NCBI GenBank assembly: GCA_964016885.1
Contig: OZ024745.1
Location: forward strand, 72,540,001 to 72,604,000
DNA from: Eledone cirrhosa
Lineage: Eukaryota
Direction of reading: 5' to 3'
Length of the DNA stretch: 64,000 nucleotides
Every line of letters starts with the position of its first letter. Position 1 is the first letter of the stretch. A model generated the notes under the pieces. The model searched no databases, was not told the origin of the DNA, and was given only the letters and a program-made list of their open reading frames with translations. The position numbers and the translations under genes were made by a program. Below, piece after piece: positions 58,767 to 64,000 of the stretch.

Positions 58767-58907
58767 GTATATATATTTACGTTTGTTCTCAAAGTAGTAA
58801 GTCTTGTACATCTATTTGTGTGTGTATGTGTACGTATATATATACATATATATATTTATATTTATATATATATATACATATATACACACACACATATATA
58901 TATATAT

Positions 58908-58963
<56 letters not shown>

Positions 58964-59041
58964 TATATATATGAATATATAATATATATATAATATATTT
59001 ATAATATATATATATATATAATATATATATAATATATATAT

Positions 59042-59135
<94 letters not shown>

Positions 59136-59141
59136 TATATA

Positions 59142-59189
<48 letters not shown>

Positions 59190-59990
59190 TATATATGTAT
59201 ATATATATATATTTACATATGTGTATATATGTGTACATATGTGTATATGTACATTCATAATAGCATTATAGTTTATATGAATATGCGTATTGAGAAAAGA
59301 AAAAAAGTAAACAAGAACTATAGCAAGTAGGGAAGGGAAAGAGATAATAATAGTGGCTGAGGGTTGCATTATCATCGCTTTGTATATACATTTTCTGCTT
59401 CTCCAATGAAATACGGATGCGTATAGAGAAAGGTCAATTGTCGTCAAATATAGTCTGTCCCTTGGTTTGTCAAATACATAGTATGTTTGCAGACCGCCTG
59501 CATGGCTTTACTGTATGTTGTATTCTGTCAAAACTTTATCACCAACAACAGCAGCAGCAGTAACAACAGAAACAATACATTATAATAGAAGAGAGTAGAA
59601 GAGAGAGAGAGAGAGAGAGAGAGAGTGAGTGTGTGGAAGAGACAGAAAGAGCGATAGAGAGAGACGAAGAAGAGTAGCAGTGAGTGTCGTCTGGTACGAT
59701 TGACGTAGAGGAAAATGATACTTGAAGTGGTTAGCTGTTTTATCTTTTTGCCGGGCGGAACATTATCTCTGTGGAATAGTATTATACCAAGGAACTTGAA
59801 TGAAAATGAATTCCATGGGCACTTCCGGTAAGGAAACAAAAAAAATATGCAAGAATTTTATATTATAATTATAACTGAAGATCTATCAGATTGGAAGTTT
59901 ATTTAAATATGTGCATATGTGTAAAATGAATTAGAGAAAAGAAAATGACGAGTGAAGGAGGAAGGAGGGCGTTAGAAATTGCCATAAAAC

Positions 59991-60023
<33 letters not shown>

Positions 60024-61269
60024 GATTTGTTATTGTGTTTTTGTGTCGTCTGGTGAAAGAAGTTTCATTCACAACTAATAATTGATGTGACATTAATGAA
60101 TGGAATTGACAAAAAAATGTAAGGGGAATAAAAGGAGTAGAAGGGCAGATATTTAAAATGAGAGGGAGTATAGAAGGGGACGAAGGTTCAAATAAGGGGC
60201 ATATATTAGAAAGGCCAAGCTTAACATGAAGATTAAATAGAAAACAAACAAAATAATTGGGTAATATAAGAGAAAGCCATAACAGTGACTAAACACAACA
60301 AAAATACAGGAAAAGAAGGGAAGGGAGAGAGGAAGGGAAATTGGGCGAGAGGGATGTGTGTTGTTTATTCTCTGATCTACCATTACTTTTGCAGCATAGA
60401 GTTACGCCCCTTTATGATCTGAGTTCAAATCCCGCCGAGGTTAACTTTGCCTTTCATCCTTACGGGGTTGATAAAATAAAGTACCAGTAATGTACTGGGA
60501 TATTTGCTGGCCTTGTGCCAAAAGTAGAAATAATTATTTACATATATAGTAGTTGTTATTTTTTATTCGTTGGCAGCATGACTCAAAGTATAACAATATA
60601 GTATATAACTTTGATATCTTCGATAGGTTTCGGCCAGAATTAGCCCAGGCCATGTCTAACTTAATAGCACCACCTGGCAAAAAGGAACAGATTTTTATAA
60701 ACATCATAATCACTTTTAAACTAATATGCATATCAATGCATCTACATATATGCTAACACACACACACGCATATACTCATACACATATATATGTATTTACA
60801 GAGGCATATATATATAAATACATATATGGATATGTTAGTATATTACATATTATATACATGTGTGACGCGCGCGCGCGTGTGCGTGCATATCTTCATCCTC
60901 GTAAGTCTGAAACTAATAAGATTGTGTTTTTGCATCCCTGTATTTGTGTTGCCACCATTTCTTTAACTATATATATAGAGAGAAAGAGAGAGAGAGAGAG
61001 AGAAAGAGAAAGAAAGAAAGAGAGAGAGATGTAAAATCCCAACCGCGGCACCAACCAGTTCCGGCTTGTCTCAGCATCTCCCCTTGCATTGAGAACCCCC
61101 ATGATTGGTGGTCTCCCCAATATCAACACCACAGCCTCTCTCTCTCTCTCTATCTATCTCCCCCCCCTCTCTCCCTCTCTCCCTCTCTCTGTATATATAT
61201 ATATAGTTAAACAAATAAAACAAAACAAACCAAGGGATGCAAAAAACACAAAGCCTTGTTAGAATCGCA

Positions 61270-62104
<835 letters not shown>

Positions 62105-62105
<1 letters not shown>

Positions 62106-62290
62106 GTAGTAATAATAAATTTGAAGACTAAAATCCAAAGAGGGCTCGATAAGGATAACTATATATCAAATATATAAGAACCGTAGAGCAAATATATATT
62201 AAAATAACAGATTAAAGTTTAAGCAAAGAATCGTTGCTTTCACCCTTAACGGGATCTTCTGAAACTAACTTAATCTTCTGAAACTAAATT
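62105..62290 (-). mobile_element. Family F2 element with HHR-like motif at 62216-62266
   Basis: Minus strand AGTTT CAGAAGA TCCC GTTAA GGGT GAAA GCA ACGATTCTT TGC TT AAACT. Confidence 0.7.
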
Positions 62291-62456
62291 AATAAATATA
62301 TATATATATATATATCCAAAATTAAGATAATCAAAATGATGGGTGTCATGCCAGAAAGACATGCGCCATATCACCCGCAAAATAAGGTCTAAGATTCTAA
62401 CGAATAGGTCCGAGCATTTTATAATTCTCCTGTGAATATTCATGTTTATTTATAGT

Positions 62457-62496
<40 letters not shown>

Positions 62497-64000
62497 TAAT
62501 TTAGTTTCAGAAGATTAAGCTAGTTTCAGATGAAATAAGTAACAAAAGCTGATTAATGTGAGAACGCTTATAGTAAAAGTATATGCATGTAAACGTATAT
62601 ATATATATATATATATATACGTTTACACGCATAAACTTTTACTATAAGTGGTCTCACATTAATCACCTTTTGTTACTTATTTCATCCCAACTAACTATCT
62701 ATCCACACCCTCAAATGAAAAACATATCGTTGAATTCTGACGTTCATAACACTACGTTGCATTTTAACCTATCTAATATCTCTTCACGAGAAGTGCATCT
62801 ATTCAAGAACTCATTTACAAAACTAATTCCACTCTTCTGCAGTCACATTAACTCTTGATATCAAGCCACATCAAATAGCGACTGGTTCTACAATACAATT
62901 TATATTCATATTTTTTTCGAAAAATATAGCATCATAATTCCATATAAAGAATATTTAAGTTTTGATTCAAATACCATCTGAAAATATGACAAAGTTCGTT
63001 ATATTTCCATATCTCTCCCTTTACTTTTATTTTTAAGATTGAAAACCGTTTGTTTTAAAATCTCTCTATATATTTTAAAGCCTTTCATCATAATTCTATA
63101 TACGAATCGTTGAGTTAATGCTCCAAACACCATCAACGTAATTGTATTCCTAGACCTTGTCCATTCTTTTATTATTTCTTGTATCTTTCTCAGGTCGAAT
63201 TTCTCCAGTGTCAACCTCATCTTTTATGTCACCTGTCCTGAAATCAGTTATAATGACTATATAACTACTGCGATAGTTAAGAAGAAAAATATTGTTTATG
63301 GCAGTAACTATAGTAGTAGTAGTGATAATTGTTAGTTCAATAATCTTCTTTTGGCGTCTAGGCAATAAATATTTTCCTTTTTGTTCGTATATGAGAATTC
63401 CTTTTATAGGCCACAATGGCGCTCGACGCTGGGGATAATACAAGGACGAAAAACTAGAAATAGCCTGTTGTAACTCATGAATTTATGCTGCTGCTGCTTC
63501 TGCTAATAATAATAATAAAGAAAATAATGATAAGGATAATAATAATCCTCTGTAGGCCAAAAAGCCTGTATATATAATAAAATCGTGTCATACAAAAGAT
63601 ATTTTAATACGTGTGTGTATGTATTAATAATGAATAGTTGTAGAAAAAAATAGGCAATACAATATAAGACATTTTAGAAATTTATTAAGCAAAAGAAATG
63701 CAAATAAATACAAATAAGGCCAAACCATCCATGCAGGTGTAAAGAGTTGCCTGGGCATAATGTAGGCATAATAAAAGCAAACTACGGTTGCAAATCACCA
63801 GCAAATTTTTACAAATTCTATCTTAAGTTCGAGCTGAGCTGAGCCGTAAATTGAAGCAATCGCTCTGCTGTCGATATACACATCTGACAAAGTAATTAGT
63901 AGACATCTATATTCTAGGGTCACCTGGCAGTCGTCTTCATCTCCTCCTCAGACAAAACAATATTTAGTTCATGTTTTTAAAAGCTATGAACACGTTTCTA

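Overview
AT-rich, microsatellite-laden animal genomic DNA. The SINE and repeat content suggests an octopus or other cephalopod (inference). Almost all long ORFs in the track are (TA)n/(CA)n/(GA)n translation artefacts. The one clear host gene is a + strand ADAMTS-like/punctin-papilin-type secreted protein with four phase-compatible exons (35276-35440, 40920-41147, 43073-43228, 54855-54988): TSR1, Cys-rich module, then TSR2 with no spacer domain. The rest is mobile DNA: a truncated CR1/L2-type LINE, RTE fragments, Helitron remnants, several tRNA-SINE families and a Penelope-like element (PLE) with a GIY-YIG endonuclease remnant. The main signal is that many short elements embedded in (TA)n tracts carry type I hammerhead ribozyme (HHR) folds, which I folded by eye. 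There are roughly 25 motif copies (some decayed) in about 10 families, including a 310-bp perfect tandem array with an inverted arm (retrozyme-like). Its two diverged relatives show compensatory stem changes. Non-canonical cores (U3-A8, A4, C4) occur, and several families share a YGAGTRC motif near their 3' ends. Together this looks like a TA-targeted PLE/retrozyme ecosystem. No folding software or database searches were run.
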